From: a virus
Taxonomy: Duplodnaviria > Caudoviricetes
Reading direction: 5' to 3' (one strand)
Length of the DNA: 64,000 nucleotides
IMG/VR virus record: IMGVR_UViG_3300028591_000104
Span: 32,001 to 96,000 of that record
Shown: one piece after another, positions 1 through 9,227 of the stretch
How the letters are laid out: each line of letters opens with the position of its first letter
Position numbering within the stretch: position 1 is the first letter of the stretch
The notes under the pieces: generated by a model
The model's input: the letters and a program-made list of their open reading frames with translations, nothing else
Told to the model about the DNA's origin: nothing
The model's database searches: none
Translations under genes and position numbers: made by a program

Positions 1-1007
1 AGTCAGGTCATACCGTAGAAGTGGGAGACAAGAGATTTGTATTTCACGAGCTTGGCTCCGGTTCTTTTAATGACGCTGCTACCTATTGGGATGTTACTTA
101 TCATCCTGACCTTTATGTTTTTAATAAGGAATTTGATGATTTTTATAATCTCACCAAAAAACATGCAAAGATTTATTGCCACAAAGATACTAAGATTACT
201 ATAATTGATGATGTTTTTCTTAACTGCTTCAAAGAAACACAGAAGAAGGCAGGAAGCTGCGGTATGGGTATTTGGGAGTGCGTCTGCCGCAACAATGCTG
301 GATATGGTCTTACAATCCAGGAGGTAAAAGACCTTTCTGTAAGAGAATTATATCATAAGTTGCTTTTCATCAGAACTAATTATACTTTAAAGAGATTAAA
401 CTATCTTAGAGGAAAGTTTGGAAACAATGAATTTTCTGAAAAGATGAATGATGCTGTATTGTTATATAACTATGCAGTAGCTATTAAGTATAATGTTGAT
501 TATATAGAGACAATAGAAGCACCTCATTTCCTTTTTGATAAGTTTGATAATGTTATCTTTGAGAATGGTCAGGGGTTGCTCTTAGATGGAGATTATGATG
601 TAGTTCATGGTACTCCTTCTAAAACAGGTTTGTATAATGTAGTAAATAGCCTCGCGGCCGCCGGTAGAAAACTCGACGAAGCAGTTTATGTTACAAGAAC
701 TTACTTAACCAGACATGGTAGGGGTGACTTTGTAGTAGAATGTGATAATCTGATTAAAGATGATACAAATATTTATAACGAATGGCAGGAAGGTATTCGT
801 TATGGGAGATTTGACTCTTTGGATAACCTTAAAGCAAGAGTCAATGAGGATTGCAAGGTAGTTAAACCTCATTTGTTAATTACTCATGCGAATGTTACCG
901 ACGGTAAAATGCTAACCGCAACCGGAGCAGAAGATATTAAGAATTTAGACTTTGAGAAAATTTATATTTCAGATAACAAGTTTACTGTAAATAAAGTGAT
1001 TGTTTAA
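1..1007 (+). CDS. purA: Adenylosuccinate synthetase (5'-truncated by window edge)
   Basis: SGHTV upstream of the called start, GSCGMGI, ENGQGLLLD, RTYLTRHGRG motifs. Confidence 0.85.
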   Translation, partial: SGHTVEVGDKRFVFHELGSGSFNDAATYWDVTYHPDLYVFNKEFDDFYNLTKKHAKIYCHKDTKITIIDDVFLNCFKETQKKAGSCGMGIWECVCRNNAGYGLTIQEVKDLSVRELYHKLLFIRTNYTLKRLNYLRGKFGNNEFSEKMNDAVLLYNYAVAIKYNVDYIETIEAPHFLFDKFDNVIFENGQGLLLDGDYDVVHGTPSKTGLYNVVNSLAAAGRKLDEAVYVTRTYLTRHGRGDFVVECDNLIKDDTNIYNEWQEGIRYGRFDSLDNLKARVNEDCKVVKPHLLITHANVTDGKMLTATGAEDIKNLDFEKIYISDNKFTVNKVIV

Positions 1008-1086
1008 AAGCAATCACTTTATTGTTTTTTATAAAAAAATATATTATAATATTTATAGAAAATAAGAGAAAAGGAAGTGATAAACT

Positions 1087-2255
1087 ATGCAGTTTTTTGA
1101 ATATTATGTTCTCTACTGGGACGACTTGTCAGAAGAAAATACAGTAGCAAAAGGAATAGTTTTTGCTACTGGCATTACAGAGGCTTATCAGAAGTTAATA
1201 GATTTCTTTGGCGGAGAAAATGAAGATAATATTATAAAGCTTCATATTGATGGGATTGAAAATTTTGAAGGTATAGTACAGACAGAAATTAGAAAGGCAA
1301 AGACAGGAGAAAGGGATAAAGTATAATGGAAAGATGGGAACATGATGCATTTCTTGGTTATATGGCTGAGGAATTTCAGAGGTCAACTTTGAGTGGAATA
1401 GTTAATGATATTGAAAATGATATTATCTTCAATGGTTTTGATGAAGATGATGTTGTTGAGAAGTACGGCCCCAGGATTGGCGAAGAAAATGCAAGAAAAA
1501 TTTTTGGTCAACTTAGTTAAATCGTATTATCCTTTTTTGGATAATACATAACAAAGAAGGAGTAATAATAATGATAAGACTTTATATAAATGAAGGTTAT
1601 GATACTAAGAATAAGCAACTTATTGGGGAGTTTTCTACTAATCGGGAAGTAGCAATAGCTAAGGCGCAGTGGCTGGAAGAGAATGGATTAAAGAGAGCAC
1701 CTTTTTCTCGCTGTTGGCAGACATCTGATGGTGAAATATTTGAAGATTTTGGCTCGTGGCGTTGGTTCTTCATTACAAAAGAGGTATAATTCGCTTTTTT
1801 AAAATTTTTATGTTATAATATTTATGTAAAAAAGATAAGGAAGTGATAAAAATGAAGTTGAAGAAAATAATGAAGATACTCCCTGAATGGGAAACAATTA
1901 GAGTCTGGGGTAATGATGAGAAGGAATATCTTTATCATGGTCTTGTTAGAGATTTGCCCAAGAGGCTAGAAAATCTGAAGATGACCACTAACTCTGAAGG
2001 TAACTCTTACTTCGATATTAGATATAATTGCTCTGATGTTGAAGACCATGTTGCAATCTTTGTTGAAGAGGAGTAAAAATGAAGACTTTAATGATAAATG
2101 GACAAGAAATAAAAGTTGTCTATCCAGAAGAGGTAGATAAGTTTCTTACTCCAGAAGATAAGGAAATGGACGCGCGCTGCCGTGCCGCCGTGGAAGAAGC
2201 TATCAGAAAAAATGAGTTTTTTAATAGCTTAAATAAAAAGAAGAACATAAATTGA
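1087..2255 (+). CDS. Cluster of five small hypothetical early ORFs (1087-1326, 1326-1520, 1571-1789, 1843-2076, 2079-2255)
   Basis: Short ORFs with RBS, downstream of repeated TATAAT promoters. Confidence 0.7.
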
Positions 2256-2587
2256 ATTATAAAAAATTTTATGTTATAATATATATGTAAGAAAGTGAGG
2301 GAAGAAAAAACCAATACCTTTCTAGTCCTTCTATCAAGATTCTAAAGGTCGTGGACGATAAATAAGCCAGCATCTTGGACTCGTCTATTCCAGTAATAAC
2401 TTCATTTGCGAGTATAAATAATTTATGAAGATTACTCTTTTAGAGATGGGTTGGCGCAGTATGTAGGTGTACGCAGTATAAATCCTTAACATAAAAGCTC
2501 TACGGCGTTAAGGTACCTCTGCATAATGATTACCCGTAGCAAGAGGTGGACAGATATCCACAACTCTTCCCCATCTTTTTTAAGTAT

Positions 2588-2661
2588 GTGGGTATCGTAT
2601 AACGGTAGTACTACAGTCTTCCAAACTGTAAGTGAGGGTTCAATCCCCTCTACTCACTCCA
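2588..2661 (+). tRNA. tRNA-Gly(TCC)
   Basis: Cloverleaf; ACAGT-CTTCCAA-ACTGT; T73, CCA. Confidence 0.93.
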
Positions 2662-2714
2662 TTAGAGACGTTTATTTAGAAGGGTTTTCATTTGCGTCTT
2701 TAAATAATTTATGA

Positions 2715-3195
2715 AACTCTTTCCCAAACTCCGAGAGCTAACGGCTAACACTTAGGGTGGTCTTAAGGCGGGACAGGTTGAGTTAGCAGGAGTATAATTA
2801 CCCGAAGTTAAAAACATCATAGGCAAGATGGACTCAAATCAACCGGTTAATGGTTTGAGAGATCTCCACCTGAAGGACCAGGTCTAGGCAGACAGTATTG
2901 CCCTAGATACAACAGTACCCGATTGCATGCCCGAATTTCGACCATAGTGTGGGAGTCGTAGAACGGAGTGAAGCTGAAGGTTTTTAGCGATTTTAGTTTA
3001 ATGGTTGTTATGAGGCTAGAAAGCAGCATCAGGGTAGCTGTAGGCAGGTAGACGAAAGTGATAGCCTTTAACCGATTACAAATAACGGGAAGTCTCAAAT
3101 GAGATTGGGGTTCAATTCCCCCTAGCCTTGTAAGAGCCATTAAACCCCCTCGGTGGTCTGTAACCGGGGTGTGCGGTAAACGTAAGGTTTAAGGC
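2715..3195 (+). ncRNA. Large structured non-coding RNA candidate with terminal T-arm-like hairpin
   Basis: GC-richer, no credible ORF; long helix 2996-3019/3122-3145 enclosing GGGGTTCAATTCCCC. Confidence 0.55.
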
Positions 3196-3203
3196 TTTTA
3201 TAT

Positions 3204-3278
3204 GGCGCGTTGGACAACCGGTCAAGTCACCACCCCTTCACGGTGGAGAAAAGGGTTCAACTCCCTTACGCGCTACCA
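3204..3278 (+). tRNA. tRNA-Glu(TTC), C33
   Basis: CCACC-CCTTCAC-GGTGG; CCA end. Confidence 0.85.
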
Positions 3279-3359
3279 CGAACCTACGAAGAATGAAAAA
3301 GATTTAATTCGCTTTTTATAAAAATTTATATTATAATATATATGTAAAAAGTGAGAAAT

Positions 3360-3434
3360 GCCTATCTAGTTCAATGGCAGAATGCGACACCCTTAATGTC
3401 GGAGATATGGGTTCGACCCCCATGGTAGGTACCA
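3360..3434 (+). tRNA. tRNA-Lys(CTT), C33
   Basis: CGACA-CCCTTAA-TGTCG; CCA end. Confidence 0.85.
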
Positions 3435-3439
3435 AATAT

Positions 3440-3514
3440 GGCGAATTAGTTTAATTAGTAAAACGAGAGATTTGTAACCTTTTGACCTCGGAGCATAACC
3501 GGGATTCGCCTCCA
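3440..3514 (+). tRNA. Degenerate tRNA (anticodon ambiguous, TGT/Thr most likely)
   Basis: Acceptor GGCGAAT/ATTCGCC plus TCCA; weak anticodon stem; T-loop AGCATAA. Confidence 0.55.
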
Positions 3515-3561
3515 CCTCCCCTTTGCGGCTTTCAGGAGGTTAAACTAAAGTCGCTTGATAT

Positions 3562-3635
3562 TCCCCTGTCATTTAAAGGTAGGATAGGTGACTGTTAATC
3601 ATTCAATGGAGGTTCGATTCCTCCCGGGGGAGCCA
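3562..3635 (+). tRNA. tRNA-Asn(GTT)
   Basis: GGTGA-CTGTTAA-TCATT; GCCA end. Confidence 0.9.
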
Positions 3636-3755
3636 AGGAAGTGACGATTAAATAATGCAGAAAAGGAATAAGTCCTTTGTATAGACAGTGGAAAATTCCA
3701 TCGTCTTAGTTATCAGTTCAGATGCCGTAGGTCGCGGTGCATTAGCTGACTTTAT

Positions 3756-3829
3756 GTGGATATAGTATAGTGGCAGTACGCCTGCTTGCCAAGCAGGGAG
3801 CACGGGTTCAATGCCCGTTATCCACTCCA
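3756..3829 (+). tRNA. tRNA-Gly(GCC)
   Basis: CCTGC-TTGCCAA-GCAGG; TCCA end. Confidence 0.93.
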
Positions 3830-3833
3830 ATAT

Positions 3834-3908
3834 ATCAGTATAGTGCTAGTGGTAACACAGCGGTCTCCAAAACCGAAATCGGGGGTTCGATTCCTCCTGC
3901 TGGTGCCA
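3834..3908 (+). tRNA. tRNA-Trp(CCA)
   Basis: GCGGT-CTCCAAA-ACCG; GCCA end. Confidence 0.92.
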
Positions 3909-4086
3909 GCCCAAAGTAGCTTATGGGTTCAAGTGTTTTAGAGGTTTCGACTTACAACCTCTTGGGTGAAGGAGTTAATAACTGTTGCTACGCAGAAAAA
4001 CGCTCCCGACTTATACATGAGGTTTGTATCTTTGAACTATTGGCAATAGTCGTTAAACTGAGGCAAAGGGAAAGATACTATTATAT

Positions 4087-4161
4087 GGCTCTATGGTATA
4101 ATGGCTATTATGACGGATTGTCTCTCCGTAGATCGGGGTTCAATTCCCCGTAGAGTCGCCA
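4087..4161 (+). tRNA. tRNA-Asp(GTC)
   Basis: ACGGA-TTGTCTC-TCCGT; GCCA end. Confidence 0.9.
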
Positions 4162-4164
4162 CAC

Positions 4165-4239
4165 GCCCCTATCGTCTAGTGAATAGGACACGACTCTTCT
4201 AAAGTCGTAACCTAGGTTTAAATCCTAGTGGGGGTGCCA
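4165..4239 (+). tRNA. tRNA-Arg(TCT)
   Basis: CGACT-CTTCTAA-AGTCG; GCCA end. Confidence 0.9.
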
Positions 4240-4366
4240 AAGAAGGATTAGTTCGTTCTGGTTCGTACTAATTTAAATGATAGACCAACGGAAGACAATA
4301 AGGGACCCTTTAACCATGTCTTGACGCTTGAACCTTCTATATTTTATAAAAGAGCAGGTACAATTT

Positions 4367-4771
4367 ATGTTAATAGAAAACAATAAACAAAAAGGAAATG
4401 CTGGATTGGCATTAGGAATAGCTTAGTTTGGTGCTAATGGTTATACAGTTTCTTTACCTCTTAATGATACTCAATGGTATGATTTTATTGTTGAAAAAGA
4501 TGGTATTTTTCAAACTGTTCAATGTAAGTTTACTGACTCTAAAGATAATAGAATTAGTTTAAGATCTACTGGAGGAACTAATGGTAAAGTATATGACAGA
4601 GTAATTGATCATCCAATAGATTTGTTATTTTGTTCTAATGCAAATAATATGTGGGTTATTCCAATGGAAGAATTAAGATTACAAGGAAATGTTAGTTCTA
4701 TAGCTTTAAGAACAGAATTAAATTCTAATAATCAAGGTTTTGAAACTTGTAAATATTTAGTAAAAATTTAA
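4367..4771 (+). CDS. Free-standing PD-(D/E)XK endonuclease (group I intron-associated family); in-frame TAG 4424
   Basis: MLIENNKQKGNAGLALGIA*FGANGYTVSLPLNDTQWYDFIVEKDGIFQTVQCK; open to TAA; absent from the ORF track. Confidence 0.85.
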
Positions 4772-4774
4772 AAT

Positions 4775-4860
4775 GGAAGAGTAAACCGTAATTGGTAGCG
4801 GGCGTGGCTGTAGACCACGTGTCAGTGACTCTGGGGGTTCAAGTCCCTCCTCTTCCACCA
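4775..4860 (+). tRNA. tRNA-Tyr(GTA), G1:C72
   Basis: CGTGG-CTGTAGA-CCACG, variable arm, A73 CCA. Confidence 0.9.
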
Positions 4861-4865
4861 TTTAT

Positions 4866-5418
4866 CGAAGCATCTTCTAATGGTTAGGAAACTTGTCTGA
4901 TTTGAAGAATTAATCATTAATTTTAAACTATGTTAAATACAAAACAGCGTGGAAACATAACAGAATTACAATGTATGTTAGCATTTTTAAAATTAGGATA
5001 CAATGTATTAACTCCTTAGGGTGATTGCGAACGATATGATTTTGTAGTAGATATAAAAGGTAATTTTTATAGAATACAAGTTAAATCGGCGAATGCAAAC
5101 CACCTAGAAGAAGGATATATAGTATTTAATACTTCTAATAAAACTACTAGGGGAGGAACTTTTGTTCGTCATCCATACACAAAAGATGAAATTGATTATT
5201 TCGCAACATTTTTTAATGAGCAATGTTATTTAGTACCAGTGAATGAATGTAGTATTTTTGAAAAAAGATTACGATTTACTCCTCCAAAAAATGGACATAC
5301 TAAAGGAATAACATTTGCTACTGAATATGAATTAGAAAAGGTGGTGAAAAAAATAATTAATGAATAACATCTTTGAATCAAGCAAGTAATGGTAGTTCGA
5401 TTCTATCTGCTTCGACCA
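4866..5418 (+). tRNA. tRNA-Ile(GAT) interrupted after the anticodon by a 478-nt insertion (exons 4866-4901, 5380-5418)
   Basis: Joined halves give CGAAGCA/TGCTTCG acceptor, CTTGT-CTGATAA-GCAAG anticodon arm, GGTAG-TTCGATT-CTATC T arm, ACCA. Confidence 0.85.
4930..5367 (+). CDS. PD-(D/E)XK endonuclease inside the tRNA-Ile insertion; in-frame TAG 5017
   Basis: MLNTKQRGNITELQCMLAFLKLGYNVLTP*GDCERYDFVVDIKGNFYRIQVKS; paralogous to 4367 and 7617. Confidence 0.88.
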
Positions 5419-5419
5419 A

Positions 5420-5995
5420 TGCTCTGGCGCTAGGTCTAAGAGGATAAATTATTTATCTAGCTAACTGCGGGGAAGGAAGTTAAACCGACGAAGAGACTGC
5501 GAGGGTTTACTAGGTCGCGTTGAGGCAGTAATGCCAATAGTGGGTAAGCACCAGGGATGGAAACGCAGAGAGTTCCGAAAAACCTAGTTTTTATTTAGTT
5601 CCTAACCAAATATCCAGAGTATTTTCTTAACAGCCCGTCTGGAGGCGTAGGTTATTGAAAGCACCGCAGTGGATTGACGCTGCTAAGACCAGACAGCTGG
5701 CGAATGAGTATTCCTGAATTGCCAGGAAGGTGTGCACCGCACTGGGCCTGCGGGTCCACCCACCTCATACTTGCGGGAGATATAAATGAGACAGAGGGAA
5801 CTCCAGTGATAGATTCGCTGCGCGCGGAGGTTGTGCTCCGCTGAGGGAAGTAGGCCCCTGACACAAGCACTGACCAAGGTAGTAACAGTCCTTGGTAAAC
5901 TGGCAAGCCGATATGCGTCCAGTGCTTTTAATCTCAAAGTGAGAGCGTGGTTCGAGTCCACCTACCTCCCTTAACCGGGGGGTGCAGGTGCAATA
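5420..5995 (+). ncRNA. Large structured non-coding RNA candidate(s)
   Basis: GC-rich; closing helices 5420-5427/5614-5621 and 5641-5650/5962-5969; T-arm GTGG-TTCGAGT-CCAC. Confidence 0.55.
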
Positions 5996-6011
5996 CCTTT
6001 GAGATTATTAT

Positions 6012-6095
6012 ACCCGAGTGGTGGAAGTGGTAGACACGCTAGTCTTAGAATCTAGTGCCTTGTGCGTAAGAGTTCGAATCTCTTCTTGGGTACCA
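6012..6095 (+). tRNA. tRNA-Leu(TAG)
   Basis: Leu-type D arm GGTGGAAGTGGTAGACAC; loop CTTAGAA; variable arm; ACCA. Confidence 0.92.
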
Positions 6096-6102
6096 TTTAT
6101 AT

Positions 6103-6178
6103 TGGAGGCTACCCAAGCGGTTATGGGGCTGTTCTTATAAAGCAGTTGCGGTGAGTTCGACTCTCACGCCTCCGACCA
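6103..6178 (+). tRNA. tRNA-Ile(TAT)
   Basis: CTGTT-CTTATAA-AGCAG; ACCA. Confidence 0.85.
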
Positions 6179-6331
6179 CGCTCATATTGATGAGCCTAAA
6201 ATAGGAATTTATGGGGATTGTCAAGTCAATCGGGATTTAATGGCAAAACTTTATTTGCTCGTAACTGTAGAGGTCATTGGTCCCAAGCATAGGAGCACCT
6301 AAATTAGAAGATTACAACTTACTATTAAAAT

Positions 6332-6407
6332 GCTTAGATAGCTCAGTAGGTAGAGCGAGGGACTGAAAATCCCTGCGTCAGTGGTTCAATTCCGCTTCTA
6401 AGCACCA
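6332..6407 (+). tRNA. tRNA-Phe(GAA)
   Basis: AGGGA-CTGAAAA-TCCCT; ACCA. Confidence 0.95.
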
Positions 6408-6415
6408 ATTATTAT

Positions 6416-6494
6416 GGGGATTGGGACTGCTTGGAGTGGTCACCTGCCTTGCAAGCAGGATAGCAGACGGGGTCGGTGCCCGTAATCTCCACCA
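6416..6494 (+). tRNA. tRNA-Ala(TGC), atypical D/T loops
   Basis: CCTGC-CTTGCAA-GCAGG; G3:U70; ACCA. Confidence 0.85.
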
Positions 6495-6497
6495 TAT

Positions 6498-6571
6498 GCC
6501 CGGTTAGTTTAATAGGAGAATCCCTCTCTTACAAAGAGGAGGAGAAGGAGCGTAACCTTCACTGGGTACCA
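6498..6571 (+). tRNA. tRNA-Val(TAC)
   Basis: CCTCT-CTTACAA-AGAGG; T loop AGCGTAA; ACCA. Confidence 0.85.
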
Positions 6572-6574
6572 TAT

Positions 6575-6651
6575 GTCTGGCTGATGGAATTGGTATACGT
6601 ACTCGGCTCAAACCCGAGGTTATCTGGGTTCGAATCCCAGGCTAGACACCA
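6575..6651 (+). tRNA. tRNA-Leu(CAA) with short variable region
   Basis: CTCGG-CTCAAAC-CCGAG; Leu-like D arm; ACCA. Confidence 0.85.
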
Positions 6652-6657
6652 TTATAT

Positions 6658-6732
6658 GCTCGCATAGGCTAATGGAGAGACCTCCTGGCTACGAACCAGG
6701 CAGTGAAGGTTCGAGTCCTTCTGTGAGTACCA
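6658..6732 (+). tRNA. tRNA-Arg(ACG)
   Basis: CCTGG-CTACGAA-CCAGG; ACCA. Confidence 0.9.
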
Positions 6733-6736
6733 ATAT

Positions 6737-6897
6737 CATCGGTGGCGGAATAGGTAGACGCTATTGGCTTGGGAAGTAGATTATGTCTGAGGCTCACTGC
6801 CTCCTCAGTGCAGACCGAGATGAAGATGTATTCATATCTGCACGGGCTGAAGATTGAAAACGCATAGTTATGTAAGGTGCAAATCCTTACCCGATGT
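6737..6897 (+). ncRNA. tRNA-like RNA (acceptor, D and T arms; expanded insert replaces the anticodon arm), copy 1
   Basis: CATCGGTGGCGGAATAGGTAGACGC ... TATGTAAGGTGCAAATCCTTACCCGATG; termini shared with 16270-16459. Confidence 0.7.
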
Positions 6898-6981
6898 TTT
6901 TATAAAAAAATTAAATTTATAGGCTTAGGTAAGAGGACCTTGTAAGTAGTTGATAGTGGAACAATAACCTAATTTTAATAT

Positions 6982-7351
6982 GGGGGTGTAATAGGTTTCG
7001 ACAGGGTTAAAAAGTTTAGATAAGCGAACAGAGGATTCTCGTTGTGCCTCTATAAAAAACGAGAACTTTTAAATATAATCGCTAATGATTACGCTTTAGC
7101 AGCCTGATAATGCTGCCGTTTACTTTATTTAATCTGTAAGATAAGGTAAATGTACGGTTTCAGACCTTGATTATTAGAGGTGAAATAATCAAAACTTATT
7201 TTAGTGGTTCGGCTAAGATATTTTATTCAGAACTCCTTGATTATTAATTTGCCAATAGAGGAATAATTAAAGGATAAATAAATATTGGCTATGTTCGTAG
7301 AAAGTCTAAGGTTTTTAGTTTTGGACAGGGGTTCGACTCCCCTCACTTCCA
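6982..7351 (+). ncRNA. ssrA: tmRNA; tag ORF 7081-7107 ANDYALAA-TGA
   Basis: 5' GGGGGTGTAATAGGTTTCGAC, 3' GGACAGGGGTTCGACTCCCCTCACTTCCA, G3:U70, YALAA tag. Confidence 0.95.
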
Positions 7352-7514
7352 ATCTGACATAACAAAACCCTCCACGTGGGGTCAGATGGGCAACATATTA
7401 TTTATGGCTAATTTTGTTAAATTTTATAATTGAGTTCGAAGAATGAACTCTGACCCACAAAATTCATTGGTCAATTTTTTATAATTTATCTATTAAATTT
7501 TTGAAGTATAATAA

Positions 7515-7591
7515 GAGGGTATAACTCAGTTGGCTAGAGTAACGGTCTTTTAAACCGTAGGTCGTGGGTTCAAGTCCCACTACCCTCACCA
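7515..7591 (+). tRNA. tRNA-Lys(TTT)
   Basis: ACGGT-CTTTTAA-ACCGT; canonical. Confidence 0.95.
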
Positions 7592-7616
7592 AAATATACT
7601 TCAAAGGAGATAGATT

Positions 7617-8357
7617 ATGAATAGTAAAAACAAAGGTAATATTGGAGAATCTCAAGCTTTAGCTGAATTTACGAAAAGAGGAATACAAGTTTCTATTCCT
7701 TTTGGAGATAATGCTAGATATGATTTAATAGCAGACTTCAACGGAAAATTAAATAAAATTCAAGTAAAATAGTGTAATCAACAAATAGTAAATGGTTCTA
7801 TTAGTTGTCCTTGTGCTAGTAGTACAAATCATACTACAAATAAGCATTATGATACTTATAAAAATGATATTGATTATTTTGTATTTTATTTAGTTGAATG
7901 GGATGACATTATTATTGTTCCTATTGAAGAAATAGGAGATAAAAAAGCAATCTGTTTTAGAAAATCAATACCTGTTTCGAGTCAAAATTATCATTTAGTA
8001 CAAGATTATACTTTTTCTAAATTTTTTGATGATAAAAAAGAAGAAATAGAAGAAAATCCAATTATTGCTCTAAAAAAAATTACAGATAAAAAGAATTATT
8101 GTATAGATTGTAACACTCCCATTACTAAAGGGGCTGTAAGATGTATGAGCTGTGCCGCAAAATTGCGACCTAGGAAAGTTGAAAGACCGACAAGAGAAGA
8201 ATTAAAACAGTTAATTCGTCATGTTCCATTTGTCAAATTAGCTGAACAATATGGAGTAAGTGATAAAGCAATAGCAAAATGGTGTATAGCAGAAAATTTA
8301 CCATCTAGAAAAAAAGATATTTTACTTTACTCTGATGAAGAATGGGATAAAATTTAA
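7617..8357 (+). CDS. PD-(D/E)XK endonuclease with C-terminal Zn ribbon and HTH; in-frame TAG 7770
   Basis: RBS AAGGAG; SIPFGDNARYDLIAD..KIQVK*CN; in frame with ORF 8145-8357 (CIDC..RCMSC, HTH). Confidence 0.85.
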
Positions 8358-8461
8358 CTTTTTATAGCCTTCCAAATGGAAGGCTATAATTATAAAAATA
8401 ATTGTTTTTTAAAAAAATAAATGATATAATATATATAGAAAATAAAAAGAAGGTGATGTTA

Positions 8462-9223
8462 ATGATTTTCGTAACTGGAGATACACACGGAACAATTGAT
8501 TTAGATAAAGTTACTACTTATTTAAATAACTCTCCAAAAGCATCAAAGATAGATTATCTTATCGTTTTGGGAGATTTTGGTGCATGTTTTTATGGTAAGC
8601 CAGAGCCGGGAACTAAGTGGCATTATGTATTAGAGGCTAGAGGTTTACTTGATGCAGATGAAAAGACTTTAGATAAGTGGAAGAGTTTCCCCTGGACTAC
8701 TCTTTTTATTGATGGCAACCACGAAAATCATAATGTTCTTGATAGCTATCCGGTTAGTGAGTGGAATGGTGGTAAGGTTCACTTCCTCGCAGATAATGTA
8801 ATTCACCTTATGCGTGGTCAGGTCTTTACTATTGAAGGTAAAACTTTCTTCACTATGGGAGGAGCAGAATCTACTGATAGAATATATAGGATAGAAAATC
8901 AAACTTGGTGGGCAAGAGAAATGCCATCTGACCAAGAGTATAAAGAAGCTGTAGCCAATCTTGAAAAAAATGATTTTAAGGTAGACTATATTCTTACTCA
9001 TTGCGCACCCGAGGGTTACATCTATCGTAACTCAGTTTATGTTTATAATAGAAGTCCAAATCGACTAGTTAATTTCTTTTATCATTTGTTAGATGGTATG
9101 GAAATTGAGTTTAAACACTGGTATTTTGGTCATTACCATGGCGATGAAGACATTTGCGGATTTGGAGAAGAAGAACCTCGGTTCCATTTAAGATACAGAA
9201 GAATAGAAGAGATAAAGGAGTAA
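8462..9223 (+). CDS. Calcineurin-like metallophosphoesterase
   Basis: GDTHG, LGDFG, DGNHEN, LTHCAP, FGHYH motifs. Confidence 0.9.
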   Translation: MIFVTGDTHGTIDLDKVTTYLNNSPKASKIDYLIVLGDFGACFYGKPEPGTKWHYVLEARGLLDADEKTLDKWKSFPWTTLFIDGNHENHNVLDSYPVSEWNGGKVHFLADNVIHLMRGQVFTIEGKTFFTMGGAESTDRIYRIENQTWWAREMPSDQEYKEAVANLEKNDFKVDYILTHCAPEGYIYRNSVYVYNRSPNRLVNFFYHLLDGMEIEFKHWYFGHYHGDEDICGFGEEEPRFHLRYRRIEEIKE

Positions 9224-9227
9224 TATA

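Noticed and set aside
4165-4239. Possible second CTA-anticodon tRNA (sequence TTCTAAA)
   Set aside because: The 7-nt loop CTTCTAA places the anticodon at TCT (Arg)
4902-5379. Group I intron in tRNA-Ile
   Set aside because: No space or recognisable P3-P7 core outside the ORF, and the insert as delimited does not end in G
5420-5995. RNase P RNA or SRP RNA
   Set aside because: Only partial resemblance (GGAAGGAAG); I could not find the RNase P GAGGAAAGUCC and 3' P4 motifs or the full SRP domain IV
6012-6095. tRNA with TAG anticodon as a suppressor
   Set aside because: Anticodon UAG reads CUA Leu codons; this is an ordinary tRNA-Leu
6255-6300. Twister ribozyme (GGTCCCAAGC)
   Set aside because: Flanking stems and pseudoknots could not be assembled by eye
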